A DNA stretch of 64,000 nt from Auanema rhodensis (lineage: Eukaryota > Animalia > Nematoda): assembly GCA_964057225.1 (NCBI GenBank), contig OZ059900.1, forward strand, positions 21,080,001 through 21,144,000, in the 5' to 3' direction. Positions 49,218 to 64,000 of the stretch are shown one piece after another. The translations under genes and the position numbers were made by a program. Below the pieces are notes generated by a model. That model was not told where the DNA came from and made no database searches. It saw only the letters and a program-made list of their open reading frames with translations. Position 1 is the first letter of the stretch, and each line of letters starts with the position of its first letter.

Positions 49218-52200
49218 AAAATTAAGGAAATTAGCATATTCTGAGGGCACGCCCCTTATGGCTAATATTGATTAAATCGATTTTTGTTCATATGAGTCGT
49301 CAAATGCAACGAATTTCAGCGTGTTACATACTAAAATGAAGCATTTTACATGCTGAACACTAGAAAAATACAAAAACACAGTATTTCCCATGAGAAATAT
49401 TTTATTATGCTGGAAAACCAGTTTTTGGAAATTTCGCTGTAAACAAGGTTTTGACTTACGATTTCATGTGTTCAAACTCATGCAATGTCAATGAAACCTA
49501 GCTCAAAATTGTTCGTACAACGTCTAGTTCCACTTTCACGACAAAAAAACAGGGGTTAGAAAATTAAGGAAATTAGCATATTCTGAGGGCACGCCCCTTA
49601 TGGCTAATATTGATTAAATCGATTTTTGTTCATATGAGTCGTCAAATGCAACGAATTTCAGCGTGTTACATACTAAAATGAAGCATTTTACATGCTGAAC
49701 ACTAGAAAAATACAAAAACACAGTATTTTCCATGAGAAATATTTTATTATGCTGGAAAACCAGTTTTTGGAAATTTCGCTGTAAACAAGGTTTTGACTTA
49801 CGATTTCATGTGTTCAAACTCATGCAATGTCAATGAAACCTAGCTCAAAATTGTTCGTACAACGTCTAGTCCCACTTTCACGACAAAAAAACAGGGGTTA
49901 GAAAATTAAGGAAATTAGCATATTCTGAGGGCACGCCCCTTATGGCTAATATTGATTAAATCGATTTTTGTTCATATGAGTCGTCAAATGCAACGAATTT
50001 CAGCGTGTTACATACTAAAATGAAGCATTTTACATGCTGAACACTAGAAAAATACAAAAACACAGTATTTCCCATGAGAAATATTTTATTATGCTGGAAA
50101 ACCAGTTTTTGGAAATTTCGCTGTAAACAAGGTTTTGACTTACGATTTCATGTGTTCAAACTCATGCAATGTCAATGAAACCTAGCTCAAAATTGTTCGT
50201 ACAACGTCTAGTTCCACTTTCACGACAAAAAAACAGGGGTTAGAAAATTAAGGAAATTAGCATATTCTGAGGGCACGCCCCTTATGGCTAATATTGATTA
50301 AATCGATTTTTGTTCATATGAGTCGTCAAATGCAACGAATTTCAGCGTGTTACATACTAAAATGAAGCATTTTACATGCTGAAAACTAGAAAAATACAAA
50401 AACACAGTATTTCCCATGAGAAATATTTTATTATGCTGGAAAACCAGTTTTTGGAAATTTCGCTGTAAACAAGGTTTTGACTTACGATTTCATGTGTTCA
50501 AACTCATGCAATGTCAATGAAACCTAGCTCAAAATTGTTCGTACAACGTCTAGTTCCACTTTCACGACAAAAAAACAGGGGTTAGAAAATTAAGGAAATT
50601 AGCATATTCTGAGGGCACGCCCCTTATGGCTAATATTGATTAAATCGATTTTTGTTCATATGAGTCGTCAAATGCAACGAATTTCAGCGTGTTACATACT
50701 AAAATGAAGCATTTTACATGCTGAACACTAGAAAAATACAAAAACACAGTATTTCCCATGAGAAATATTTTATTATGCTGGAAAACCAGTTTTTGGAAAT
50801 TTCGCTGTAAACAAGGTTTTGACTTACGATTTCATGTGTTCAAACTCATGCAATGTCAATGAAACCTAGCTCAAAATTGTTTGTACAACGTCTAGTTCCA
50901 CTTTCACGACAAAAAAACAGGGGTTAGAAAATTAAGGGAATTAGCATATTCTGAGGGCACGCCCCTTATGGCTAATATTGATTAAATCGATTTTTGTTCA
51001 TATGAGTCGTCAAATGCAACGAATTTCAGCGTGTTACATACTAAAATGAAGCATTTTACATGCTGAACACTAGAAAAATACAAAAACACAGTATTTCCCA
51101 TGAGAAATATTTTATTATGCTGGAAAACCAGTTTTTGGAAATTTCGCTGTAAACAAGGTTTTGACTTACGATTTCATGTGTTCAAACTCATGCAATGTCA
51201 ATGAAACCTAGCTCAAAATTGTTTGTACAACGTCTAGTCCCACTTTCACGACAAAAAAACAGGGGTTAGAAAATTAAGGAAATTAGCATATTCTGAGGGC
51301 ACGCCCCTTATGGCTAATATTGATTAAATCGATTTTTGTTCATATGAGTCATCAAATGCAACGAATTTCAGCGTGTTACATACTAAAATGAAGCATTTTA
51401 CATGCTGAACACTAGAAAAATACAAAAACACAGTATTTCCCATGAGAAATATTTTATTATGCTGGAAAACCAGTTTTTGGAAATTTCGCTGTAAACAAGG
51501 TTTTGACTTACGATTTCATGTGTTCAAACTCATGCAATGTCAATGAAACCTAGCTCAAAATTGTTCGTACAACGTCTAGTTCCACTTTCACGACAAAAAA
51601 ACAGGGGTTAGAAAATTAAGGAAATTAGCATATTCTGAGGGCACGCCCCTTATGGCTAATATTGATTAAATCGATTTTTGTTCATATGAGTCGTCAAATG
51701 CAACGAATTTCAGCGTGTTACATACTAAAGTGAAGCATTTTACATGCTGAACACTAGAAAAATACAAAAACACTGTATTTCCCATGAGAAATATTTTATT
51801 ATGCTGGAAAACCAGTTTTTGGAAATTTCGCTGTAAACAAGGTTTTGACTTACGATTTCATGTGTTCAAACTCATGCAATGTCAATGAAACCTAGCTCAA
51901 AATTGTTCGTACAACGTCTAGTTCCACTTTCACGACAAAAAAACAGGAGTTAGAAAATTAAGGGAATTAGCATATTCTGAGGGCACGCCCCTTATGGCTA
52001 ATATTGATTAAATCGATTTTTGTTCATATGAGTCGTCAAATGCAACGAATTTCAGCGTGTTACATACTAAAATGAAGCATTTCACATGCTGAACACTAGA
52101 AAAATACAAAAACACAGTATTTCCCATGAGAAATATTTTATTATGCTGGAAAACCAGTTTTTGGAAATTTCGCTGTAAACAAGGTTTTGACTTACGATTT

Positions 52201-55031
52201 CATGTGTTCAAACTCATGCAATGTCAATGAAACCTAGCTCAAAATTGTTCGTACAACGTCTAGTTCCACTTTCACGACAAAAAAACAGGGGTTAGAAAAT
52301 TAAGGGAATTAGCATATTCTGAGGGTACGCCCCTTATGGCTAATATTGATTAAATCGATTTTTGTTCATATGAGTCGTCAAATGCAACGAATTTCAGCGT
52401 GTTACATACTAAAATGAAGCATTTTACATGCTGAACACTAGAAAAATACAAAAACACAGTATTTCCCATGAGAAATATTTTATTATGCTGGAAAACCAGT
52501 TTTTGGAAATTTCGCTGTAAACAAGGTTTTGACTTACGATTTCATGTGTTCAAACTCATGCAATGTCAATGAAACCTAGCTCAAAATTGTTCGTACAACG
52601 TCTAGTCCCACTTTCACGACAAAAAAACAGGAGTTAGAAAATTAAGGAAATTAGCATATTCTGAGGGCACGCCCCTTATAGCTAATATTGATTAAATCGA
52701 TTTTTGTTCATATGAGTCGTCAAATGCAACGAATTTCAGCGTGTTACATACTAAAATGAAGCATTTTACATGCTGAACACTAGAAAAATACAAAAACACA
52801 GTATTTCCCATGAGAAATATTTTATTATGCTGGAAAACCAGTTTTTGGAAATTTCGCTGTAAACAAGGTTTTGACTTACGATTTCATGTGTTCAAACTCA
52901 TGCAATGTCAATGAAACCTAGCTCAAAATTGTTCGTACAACGTCTAGTTCCACTTTCACGACAAAAAAACAGGGGTTAGAAAATTAAGGGAATTAGCATA
53001 TTCTGAGGGCACGCCCCTTATGGCTAATATTGATTAAATCGATTTTTGTTCATATGAGTCGTCAAATGCAACGAATTTCAGCGTGTTACATACTAAAATG
53101 AAGCATTTTACATGCTGAACACTAGAAAAATACAAAAACACAGTATTTCCCATGAGAAATATTTTATTATGCTGGAAAACCAGTTTTTGGAAATTTCGCT
53201 GTAAACAAGGTTTTGACTTACGATTTCATGTGTTCAAACTCATGCAATGTCAATGAAACCTAGCTCAAAATTGTTCGTACAACGTCTAGTTCCACTTTCA
53301 CGACAAAAAAACAGGGGTTAGAAAATTAAGGGAATTAGCATATTCTGAGGGCACGCCCCTTATGGCTAATATTGATTAAATCGATTTTTGTTCATATGAG
53401 TCGTCAAATGCAACGAATTTCAGCGTGTTACATACTAAAATGAAGCATTTTACATGCTGAACACTAGAAAAATACAAAAACACAGTATTTCCCATGAGAA
53501 ATATTTTATTATGCTGGAAAACCAGTTTTTGGAAATTTCGCTGTAAACAAGGTTTTGACTTACGATTTCATGTGTTCAAACTCATGCAATGTCAATGAAA
53601 CCTAGCTCAAAATTGTTCGTACAACGTCTAGTTCCACTTTCACGACAAAAAAACAGGGGTTAGAAAATTAAGGGAATTAGCATATTCTGAGGGCACGCCC
53701 CTTATGGCTAATATTGATTAAATCGATTTTTGTTCATATGAGTCGTCAAATGCAACGAATTTCAGCGTGTTACATACTAAAATGAAGCATTTTACATGCT
53801 GAACACTAGAAAAATACAAAAACACAGTATTTCCCATGAGAAATATTTTATTATGCTGGAAAACCAGTTTTTGGAAATTTCGCTGTAAACAAGGTTTTGA
53901 CTTACGATTTCATGTGTTCAAACTCATGCAATGTCAATGAAACCTAGCTCAAAATTGTTCGTACAACGTCTAGTTCCACTTTCACGACAAAAAAACAGGG
54001 GTTAGAAAATTAAGGGAATTAGCATATTCTGAGGGCACGCCCCTTATGGCTAATATTGATTAAATCGATTTTTGTTCATATGAGTCGTCAAATGCAACGA
54101 ATTTCAGCGTGTTACATACTAAAATGAAGCATTTTACATGCTGAACACTAGAAAAATACAAAAACACAGTATTTTCCATGAGAAATATTTTATTATGCTG
54201 GAAAACCAGTTTTTGGAAATTTCGCTGTAAACAAGGTTTTGACTTACGATTTCATGTGTTCAAACTCATGCAATGTCAATGAAACCTAGCTCAAAATTGT
54301 TCGTACAACGTCTAGTTCCACTTTCACGACAAAAAAACAGGGGTTAGAAAATTAAGGGAATTAGCATATTCTGAGGGCACGCCCCTTATGGCTAATATTG
54401 ATTAAATCGATTTTTGTTCATATGAGTCGTCAAATGCAACGAATTTCAGCGTGTTACATACTAAAATGAAGCATTTTACATGCTGAACACTAGAAAAATA
54501 CAAAAACACAGTATTTCCCATGAGAAATATTTTATTATGCTGGAAAACCAGTTTTTGGAAATTTCGCTGTAAACAAGGTTTTGACTTACGATTTCATGTG
54601 TTCAAACTCATGCAATGTCAATGAAACCTAGCTCAAAATTGTTCGTACAACGTCTAGTTCCACTTTCACGACAAAAAAACAGGGGTTAGAAAATTAAGGG
54701 AATTAGCATATTCTGAGGGCACGCCCCTTATGGCTAATATTGATTAAATCGATTTTTGTTCATATGAGTCGTCAAATGCAACGAATTTCAGCGTGTTACA
54801 TACTAAAATGAAGCATTTTACATGCTGAACACTAGAAAAATACAAAAACACAGTATTTTCCATGAGAAATATTTTATTATGCTGGAAAACCAGTTTTTGG
54901 AAATTTCGCTGTAAACAAGGTTTTGACTTACGATTTCATGTGTTCAAACTCATGCAATGTCAATGAAACCTAGCTCAAAATTGTTCGTACAACGTCTAGT
55001 CCCACTTTCACGACAAAAAAACAGGGGTTAG

Positions 55032-55356
55032 AAAATTAAGGAAATTAGCATATTCTGAGGGCACGCCCCTTATGGCTAATATTGATTAAATCGATTTTTG
55101 TTCATATGAGTCGTCAAATGCAACGAATTTCAGCGTGTTACATACTAAAATGAAGCATTTTACATGCTGAACACTAGAAAAATACAAAAACACAGTATTT
55201 CCCATGAGAAATATTTTATTATGCTGGAAAACCAGTTTTTGGAAATTTCGCTGTAAACAAGGTTGTGTTCAAACTCATGCAATGTCAATGAAACCTAGCT
55301 CAAAATTGTTCGTACAACGTCTAGTTCCACTTTCACGACAAAAAAACAGGGTTTAG
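55032..55356 (+). repeat. Second copy of the 325-bp deleted monomer
   Basis: Same deletion junction at 55264. Confidence 0.95.
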
Positions 55357-58092
55357 AAAATTAAGGAAATTAGCATATTCTGAGGGCACGCCCCTTATGG
55401 CTAATATTGATTAAATCGATTTTTGTTCATATGAGTCGTCAAATGCAACGAATTTCAGCGTGTTACATACTAAAATGAAGCATTTTACATGCTGAACACT
55501 AGAAAAATACAAAAACACAGTATTTCCCATGAGAAATATTTTATTATGCTGGAAAACCAGTTTTTGGAAATTTCGCTGTAAACAAGGTTTTGACTTACGA
55601 TTTCATGTGTTCAAACTCATGCAATGTCAATGAAACCTAGCTCAAAATTGTTCGTACAACGTCTAGTTCCACTTTCACGACAAAAAAACAGGGGTTAGAA
55701 AATTAAGGAAATTAGCATATTCTGAGGGCACGCCCCTTATGGCTAATATTGATTAAATCGATTTTTGTTCATATGAGTCGTCAAATGCAACGAATTTCAG
55801 CGTGTTACATACTAAAATGAAGCATTTTACATGCTGAACACTAGAAAAATACAAAAACACAGTATTTTCCATGAGAAATATTTTATTATGCTGGAAAACC
55901 AGTTTTTGGAAATTTCGCTGTAAACAAGGTTTTGACTTACGATTTCATGTGTTCAAACTCATGCAATGTCAATGAAACCTAGCTCAAAATTGTTCGTACA
56001 ACGTCTAGTCCCACTTTCACGACAAAAAAACAGGGGTTAGAAAATTAAGGAAATTAGCATATTCTGAGGGCACGCCCCTTATGGCTAATATTGATTAAAT
56101 CGATTTTTGTTCATATGAGTCGTCAAATGCAACGAATTTCAGCGTGTTACATACTAAAATGAAGCATTTTACATGCTGAACACTAGAAAAATACAAAAAC
56201 ACAGTATTTCCCATGAGAAATATTTTATTATGCTGGAAAACCAGTTTTTGGAAATTTCGCTGTAAACAAGGTTTTGACTTACGATTTCATGTGTTCAAAC
56301 TCATGCAATGTCAATGAAACCTAGCTCAAAATTGTTCGTACAACGTCTAGTTCCACTTTCACGACAAAAAAACAGGGGTTAGAAAATTAAGGAAATTAGC
56401 ATATTCTGAGGGCACGCCCCTTATGGCTAATATTGATTAAATCGATTTTTGTTCATATGAGTCGTCAAATGCAACGAATTTCAGCGTGTTACATACTAAA
56501 ATGAAGCATTTTACATGCTGAAAACTAGAAAAATACAAAAACACAGTATTTCCCATGAGAAATATTTTATTATGCTGGAAAACCAGTTTTTGGAAATTTC
56601 GCTGTAAACAAGGTTTTGACTTACGATTTCATGTGTTCAAACTCATGCAATGTCAATGAAACCTAGCTCAAAATTGTTCGTACAACGTCTAGTTCCACTT
56701 TCACGACAAAAAAACAGGGGTTAGAAAATTAAGGAAATTAGCATATTCTGAGGGCACGCCCCTTATGGCTAATATTGATTAAATCGATTTTTGTTCATAT
56801 GAGTCGTCAAATGCAACGAATTTCAGCGTGTTACATACTAAAATGAAGCATTTTACATGCTGAACACTAGAAAAATACAAAAACACAGTATTTCCCATGA
56901 GAAATATTTTATTATGCTGGAAAACCAGTTTTTGGAAATTTCGCTGTAAACAAGGTTTTGACTTACGATTTCATGTGTTCAAACTCATGCAATGTCAATG
57001 AAACCTAGCTCAAAATTGTTTGTACAACGTCTAGTTCCACTTTCACGACAAAAAAACAGGGGTTAGAAAATTAAGGGAATTAGCATATTCTGAGGGCACG
57101 CCCCTTATGGCTAATATTGATTAAATCGATTTTTGTTCATATGAGTCGTCAAATGCAACGAATTTCAGCGTGTTACATACTAAAATGAAGCATTTTACAT
57201 GCTGAACACTAGAAAAATACAAAAACACAGTATTTCCCATGAGAAATATTTTATTATGCTGGAAAACCAGTTTTTGGAAATTTCGCTGTAAACAAGGTTT
57301 TGACTTACGATTTCATGTGTTCAAACTCATGCAATGTCAATGAAACCTAGCTCAAAATTGTTTGTACAACGTCTAGTCCCACTTTCACGACAAAAAAACA
57401 GGGGTTAGAAAATTAAGGAAATTAGCATATTCTGAGGGCACGCCCCTTATGGCTAATATTGATTAAATCGATTTTTGTTCATATGAGTCGTCAAATGCAA
57501 CGAATTTCAGCGTGTTACATACTAAAATGAAGCATTTTACATGCTGAACACTAGAAAAATACAAAAACACAGTATTTCCCATGAGAAATATTTTATTATG
57601 CTGGAAAACCAGTTTTTGGAAATTTCGCTGTAAACAAGGTTTTGACTTACGATTTCATGTGTTCAAACTCATGCAATGTCAATGAAACCTAGCTCAAAAT
57701 TGTTCGTACAACGTCTAGTTCCACTTTCACGACAAAAAAACAGGGGTTAGAAAATTAAGGAAATTAGCATATTCTGAGGGCACGCCCCTTATGGCTAATA
57801 TTGATTAAATCGATTTTTGTTCATATGAGTCGTCAAATGCAACGAATTTCAGCGTGTTACATACTAAAGTGAAGCATTTTACATGCTGAACACTAGAAAA
57901 ATACAAAAACACTGTATTTCCCATGAGAAATATTTTATTATGCTGGAAAACCAGTTTTTGGAAATTTCGCTGTAAACAAGGTTTTGACTTACGATTTCAT
58001 GTGTTCAAACTCATGCAATGTCAATGAAACCTAGCTCAAAATTGTTCGTACAACGTCTAGTTCCACTTTCACGACAAAAAAACAGGAGTTAG

Positions 58093-61000
58093 AAAATTAA
58101 GGGAATTAGCATATTCTGAGGGCACGCCCCTTATGGCTAATATTGATTAAATCGATTTTTGTTCATATGAGTCGTCAAATGCAACGAATTTCAGCGTGTT
58201 ACATACTAAAATGAAGCATTTCACATGCTGAACACTAGAAAAATACAAAAACACAGTATTTCCCATGAGAAATATTTTATTATGCTGGAAAACCAGTTTT
58301 TGGAAATTTCGCTGTAAACAAGGTTTTGACTTACGATTTCATGTGTTCAAACTCATGCAATGTCAATGAAACCTAGCTCAAAATTGTTCGTACAACGTCT
58401 AGTTCCACTTTCACGACAAAAAAACAGGGGTTAGAAAATTAAGGGAATTAGCATATTCTGAGGGTACGCCCCTTATGGCTAATATTGATTAAATCGATTT
58501 TTGTTCATATGAGTCGTCAAATGCAACGAATTTCAGCGTGTTACATACTAAAATGAAGCATTTTACATGCTGAACACTAGAAAAATACAAAAACACAGTA
58601 TTTCCCATGAGAAATATTTTATTATGCTGGAAAACCAGTTTTTGGAAATTTCGCTGTAAACAAGGTTTTGACTTACGATTTCATGTGTTCAAACTCATGC
58701 AATGTCAATGAAACCTAGCTCAAAATTGTTCGTACAACGTCTAGTCCCACTTTCACGACAAAAAAACAGGAGTTAGAAAATTAAGGAAATTAGCATATTC
58801 TGAGGGCACGCCCCTTATAGCTAATATTGATTAAATCGATTTTTGTTCATATGAGTCGTCAAATGCAACGAATTTCAGCGTGTTACATACTAAAATGAAG
58901 CATTTTACATGCTGAACACTAGAAAAATACAAAAACACAGTATTTCCCATGAGAAATATTTTATTATGCTGGAAAACCAGTTTTTGGAAATTTCGCTGTA
59001 AACAAGGTTTTGACTTACGATTTCATGTGTTCAAACTCATGCAATGTCAATGAAACCTAGCTCAAAATTGTTCGTACAACGTCTAGTTCCACTTTCACGA
59101 CAAAAAAACAGGGGTTAGAAAATTAAGGGAATTAGCATATTCTGAGGGCACGCCCCTTATGGCTAATATTGATTAAATCGATTTTTGTTCATATGAGTCG
59201 TCAAATGCAACGAATTTCAGCGTGTTACATACTAAAATGAAGCATTTTACATGCTGAACACTAGAAAAATACAAAAACACAGTATTTCCCATGAGAAATA
59301 TTTTATTATGCTGGAAAACCAGTTTTTGGAAATTTCGCTGTAAACAAGGTTTTGACTTACGATTTCATGTGTTCAAACTCATGCAATGTCAATGAAACCT
59401 AGCTCAAAATTGTTCGTACAACGTCTAGTTCCACTTTCACGACAAAAAAACAGGGGTTAGAAAATTAAGGGAATTAGCATATTCTGAGGGCACGCCCCTT
59501 ATGGCTAATATTGATTAAATCGATTTTTGTTCATATGAGTCGTCAAATGCAACGAATTTCAGCGTGTTACATACTAAAATGAAGCATTTTACATGCTGAA
59601 CACTAGAAAAATACAAAAACACAGTATTTTCCATGAGAAATATTTTATTATGCTGGAAAACCAGTTTTTGGAAATTTCGCTGTAAACAAGGTTTTGACTT
59701 ACGATTTCATGTGTTCAAACTCATGCAATGTCAATGAAACCTAGCTCAAAATTGTTCGTACAACGTCTAGTTCCACTTTCACGACAAAAAAACAGGGGTT
59801 AGAAAATTAAGGGAATTAGCATATTCTGAGGGCACGCCCCTTATGGCTAATATTGATTAAATCGATTTTTGTTCATATGAGTCGTCAAATGCAACGAATT
59901 TCAGCGTGTTACATACTAAAATGAAGCATTTTACATGCTGAACACTAGAAAAATACAAAAACACAGTATTTCCCATGAGAAATATTTTATTATGCTGGAA
60001 AACCAGTTTTTGGAAATTTCGCTGTAAACAAGGTTTTGACTTACGATTTCATGTGTTCAAACTCATGCAATGTCAATGAAACCTAGCTCAAAATTGTTCG
60101 TACAACGTCTAGTTCCACTTTCACGACAAAAAAACAGGGGTTAGAAAATTAAGGGAATTAGCATATTCTGAGGGCACGCCCCTTATGGCTAATATTGATT
60201 AAATCGATTTTTGTTCATATGAGTCGTCAAATGCAACGAATTTCAGCGTGTTACATACTAAAATGAAGCATTTTACATGCTGAACACTAGAAAAATACAA
60301 AAACACAGTATTTTCCATGAGAAATATTTTATTATGCTGGAAAACCAGTTTTTGGAAATTTCGCTGTAAACAAGGTTTTGACTTACGATTTCATGTGTTC
60401 AAACTCATGCAATGTCAATGAAACCTAGCTCAAAATTGTTCGTACAACGTCTAGTCCCACTTTCACGACAAAAAAACAGGGGTTAGAAAATTAAGGAAAT
60501 TAGCATATTCTGAGGGCACGCCCCTTATGGCTAATATTGATTAAATCGATTTTTGTTCATATGAGTCGTCAAATGCAACGAATTTCAGCGTGTTACATAC
60601 TAAAATGAAGCATTTTACATGCTGAACACTAGAAAAATACAAAAACACAGTATTTCCCATGAGAAATATTTTATTATGCTGGAAAACCAGTTTTTGGAAA
60701 TTTCGCTGTAAACAAGGTTTTGACTTACGATTTCATGTGTTCAAACTCATGCAATGTCAATGAAACCTAGCTCAAAATTGTTCGTACAACGTCTAGTTCC
60801 ACTTTCACGACAAAAAAACAGGGGTTAGAAAATTAAGGAAATTAGCATATTCTGAGGGCACGCCCCTTATGGCTAATATTGATTAAATCGATTTTTGTTC
60901 ATATGAGTCGTCAAATGCAACGAATTTCAGCGTGTTACATACTAAAATGAAGCATTTCACATGCTGAACACTAGAAAAATACAAAAACACAGTATTTCCC

Positions 61001-64000
61001 ATGAGAAATATTTTATTATGCTGGAAAACCAGTTTTTGGAAATTTCGCTGTAAACAAGGTTTTGACTTACGATTTCATGTGTTCAAACTCATGCAATGTC
61101 AATGAAACCTAGCTCAAAATTGTTCGTACAACGTCTAGTTCCACTTTCACGACAAAAAAACAGGGGTTAGAAAATTAAGGAAATTAGCATATTCTGAGGG
61201 CACGCCCCTTATGGCTAATATTGATTAAATCGATTTTTGTTCATATGAGTCGTCAAATGCAACGAATTTCAGCGTGTTACATACTAAAATGAAGCATTTC
61301 ACATGCTGAACACTAGAAAAATACAAAAACACAGTATTTCCCATGAGAAATATTTTATTATGCTGGAAAACCAGTTTTTGGAAATTTCGCTGTAAACAAG
61401 GTTTTGACTTACGATTTCATGTGTTCAAACTCATGCAATGTCAATGAAACCTAGCTCAAAATTGTTCGTACAACGTCTAGTTCCACTTTCACGACAAAAA
61501 AACAGGAGTTAGAAAATTAAGGGAATTAGCATATTCTGAGGGCACGCCCCTTATGGCTAATATTGATTAAATCGATTTTTGTTCATATGAGTCGTCAAAT
61601 GCAACGAATTTCAGCGTGTTACATACTAAAATGAAGCATTTCACATGCTGAACACTAGAAAAATACAAAAACACAGTATTTCCCATGAGAAATATTTTAT
61701 TATGCTGGAAAACCAGTTTTTGGAAATTTCGCTGTAAACAAGGTTTTGACTTACGATTTCATGTGTTCAAACTCATGCAATGTCAATGAAACCTAGCTCA
61801 AAATTGTTCGTACAACGTCTAGTTCCACTTTCACGACAAAAAAACAGGGGTTAGAAAATTAAGGGAATTAGCATATTCTGAGGGTACGCCCCTTATGGCT
61901 AATATTGATTAAATCGATTTTTGTTCATATGAGTCGTCAAATGCAACGAATTTCAGCGTGTTACATACTAAAATGAAGCATTTTACATGCTGAACACTAG
62001 AAAAATACAAAAACACAGTATTTCCCATGAGAAATATTTTATTATGCTGGAAAACCAGTTTTTGGAAATTTCGCTGTAAACAAGGTTTTGACTTACGATT
62101 TCATGTGTTCAAACTCATGCAATGTCAATGAAACCTAGCTCAAAATTGTTCGTACAACGTCTAGTCCCACTTTCACGACAAAAAAACAGGAGTTAGAAAA
62201 TTAAGGAAATTAGCATATTCTGAGGGCACGCCCCTTATAGCTAATATTGATTAAATCGATTTTTGTTCATATGAGTCGTCAAATGCAACGAATTTCAGCG
62301 TGTTACATACTAAAATGAAGCATTTTACATGCTGAACACTAGAAAAATACAAAAACACAGTATTTCCCATGAGAAATATTTTATTATGCTGGAAAACCAG
62401 TTTTTGGAAATTTCGCTGTAAACAAGGTTTTGACTTACGATTTCATGTGTTCAAACTCATGCAATGTCAATGAAACCTAGCTCAAAATTGTTCGTACAAC
62501 GTCTAGTTCCACTTTCACGACAAAAAAACAGGGGTTAGAAAATTAAGGGAATTAGCATATTCTGAGGGCACGCCCCTTATGGCTAATATTGATTAAATCG
62601 ATTTTTGTTCATATGAGTCGTCAAATGCAACGAATTTCAGCGTGTTACATACTAAAATGAAGCATTTTACATGCTGAACACTAGAAAAATACAAAAACAC
62701 AGTATTTCCCATGAGAAATATTTTATTATGCTGGAAAACCAGTTTTTGGAAATTTCGCTGTAAACAAGGTTTTGACTTACGATTTCATGTGTTCAAACTC
62801 ATGCAATGTCAATGAAACCTAGCTCAAAATTGTTCGTACAACGTCTAGTTCCACTTTCACGACAAAAAAACAGGGGTTAGAAAATTAAGGGAATTAGCAT
62901 ATTCTGAGGGCACGCCCCTTATGGCTAATATTGATTAAATCGATTTTTGTTCATATGAGTCGTCAAATGCAACGAATTTCAGCGTGTTACATACTAAAAT
63001 GAAGCATTTTACATGCTGAACACTAGAAAAATACAAAAACACAGTATTTTCCATGAGAAATATTTTATTATGCTGGAAAACCAGTTTTTGGAAATTTCGC
63101 TGTAAACAAGGTTTTGACTTACGATTTCATGTGTTCAAACTCATGCAATGTCAATGAAACCTAGCTCAAAATTGTTCGTACAACGTCTAGTTCCACTTTC
63201 ACGACAAAAAAACAGGGGTTAGAAAATTAAGGGAATTAGCATATTCTGAGGGCACGCCCCTTATGGCTAATATTGATTAAATCGATTTTTGTTCATATGA
63301 GTCGTCAAATGCAACGAATTTCAGCGTGTTACATACTAAAATGAAGCATTTTACATGCTGAACACTAGAAAAATACAAAAACACAGTATTTCCCATGAGA
63401 AATATTTTATTATGCTGGAAAACCAGTTTTTGGAAATTTCGCTGTAAACAAGGTTTTGACTTACGATTTCATGTGTTCAAACTCATGCAATGTCAATGAA
63501 ACCTAGCTCAAAATTGTTCGTACAACGTCTAGTTCCACTTTCACGACAAAAAAACAGGGGTTAGAAAATTAAGGGAATTAGCATATTCTGAGGGCACGCC
63601 CCTTATGGCTAATATTGATTAAATCGATTTTTGTTCATATGAGTCGTCAAATGCAACGAATTTCAGCGTGTTACATACTAAAATGAAGCATTTTACATGC
63701 TGAACACTAGAAAAATACAAAAACACAGTATTTTCCATGAGAAATATTTTATTATGCTGGAAAACCAGTTTTTGGAAATTTCGCTGTAAACAAGGTTTTG
63801 ACTTACGATTTCATGTGTTCAAACTCATGCAATGTCAATGAAACCTAGCTCAAAATTGTTCGTACAACGTCTAGTCCCACTTTCACGACAAAAAAACAGG
63901 GGTTAGAAAATTAAGGAAATTAGCATATTCTGAGGGCACGCCCCTTATGGCTAATATTGATTAAATCGATTTTTGTTCATATGAGTCGTCAAATGCAACG
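58093..64000 (+). repeat. Higher-order repeat with 10-monomer (3420 bp) period
   Basis: gggTacg at 58465 and 61885. The following caggAg/tatAgc, ggg and ttttcc variant order is repeated at +3420. Confidence 0.85.

Larger units (their letters stand above)
48893..60486 (+). repeat. Large higher-order duplication with 6139-bp (18-monomer minus 17 bp) period; second copy two monomers shorter in its distal part
   Basis: 17-bp deletion at 49125/55264, gaaAactag at 50384/56523, aaaGtga at 51730/57869 and gggTacg at 52326/58465, all offset by 6139. Confidence 0.9.
1..64000. repeat. Tandem satellite DNA array, 342-bp monomer, ~187 copies, highly homogeneous; probably (peri)centromeric heterochromatin; extends beyond both window edges
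   Basis: The unit starting aaaattaaggaaattagcatattctgagggcacgcccc recurs every 342 bp (e.g. starts at 5811 and 9231 = 10 x 342; 24961 and 38641 = 40 x 342). Copies usually differ by 0-4 substitutions. No unique sequence occurs anywhere in the window. Confidence 0.99.
48360..64000 (+). repeat. Forward-orientation satellite block (~45.8 monomers)
   Basis: Resumes at monomer position 152 and continues head-to-tail to the window end. Confidence 0.97.

Noticed and set aside
1-64000. Giant repetitive ORF (342 bp = 114 codons would keep frame across monomers)
   Set aside because: All six frames have stops within the first 60 bp of each monomer (plus strand: TGA 25, TAA 56, TAA 6; minus strand: TTA triplets at 5, 39 and 55).
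1-64000. CRISPR array or other repeat-spacer system
   Set aside because: No unique spacers; the entire 342-bp unit is repeated, and no cas or other genes are present.

Overview
The whole 64 kb window is one AT-rich (~34% GC by hand count) eukaryote-type satellite DNA array of about 187 near-identical 342-bp monomers. It contains no genes, RNA genes, transposons or CRISPR; all six reading frames of the monomer are closed by stop codons. The array is not simply head-to-tail. Orientation switches four times: + 1-38860, - 38861-43404, + 43405-44499, - 44500-48359, + 48360-64000. The two inverted blocks (13 and 11 full monomers plus the same 98 bp of partial monomers) have base-identical breakpoints and share a private SNP, so one inversion event was later duplicated. 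Diagnostic SNPs show the inverted block is a mirror (fold-back) copy of the ~3 kb just upstream. This produces kilobase-scale palindromes with unpaired centres of 136-165 bp. SNP haplotypes also reveal local higher-order repeats (4-, 6/7-, 10- and 18-mer periods, plus 12- and 20-monomer offsets) and a duplicated 17-bp-deleted monomer. The monomer is dense in short dyads and looks like an old 2 x ~171 bp dimer, features typical of (peri)centromeric satellites. The species and any centromeric function cannot be determined from this sequence alone.
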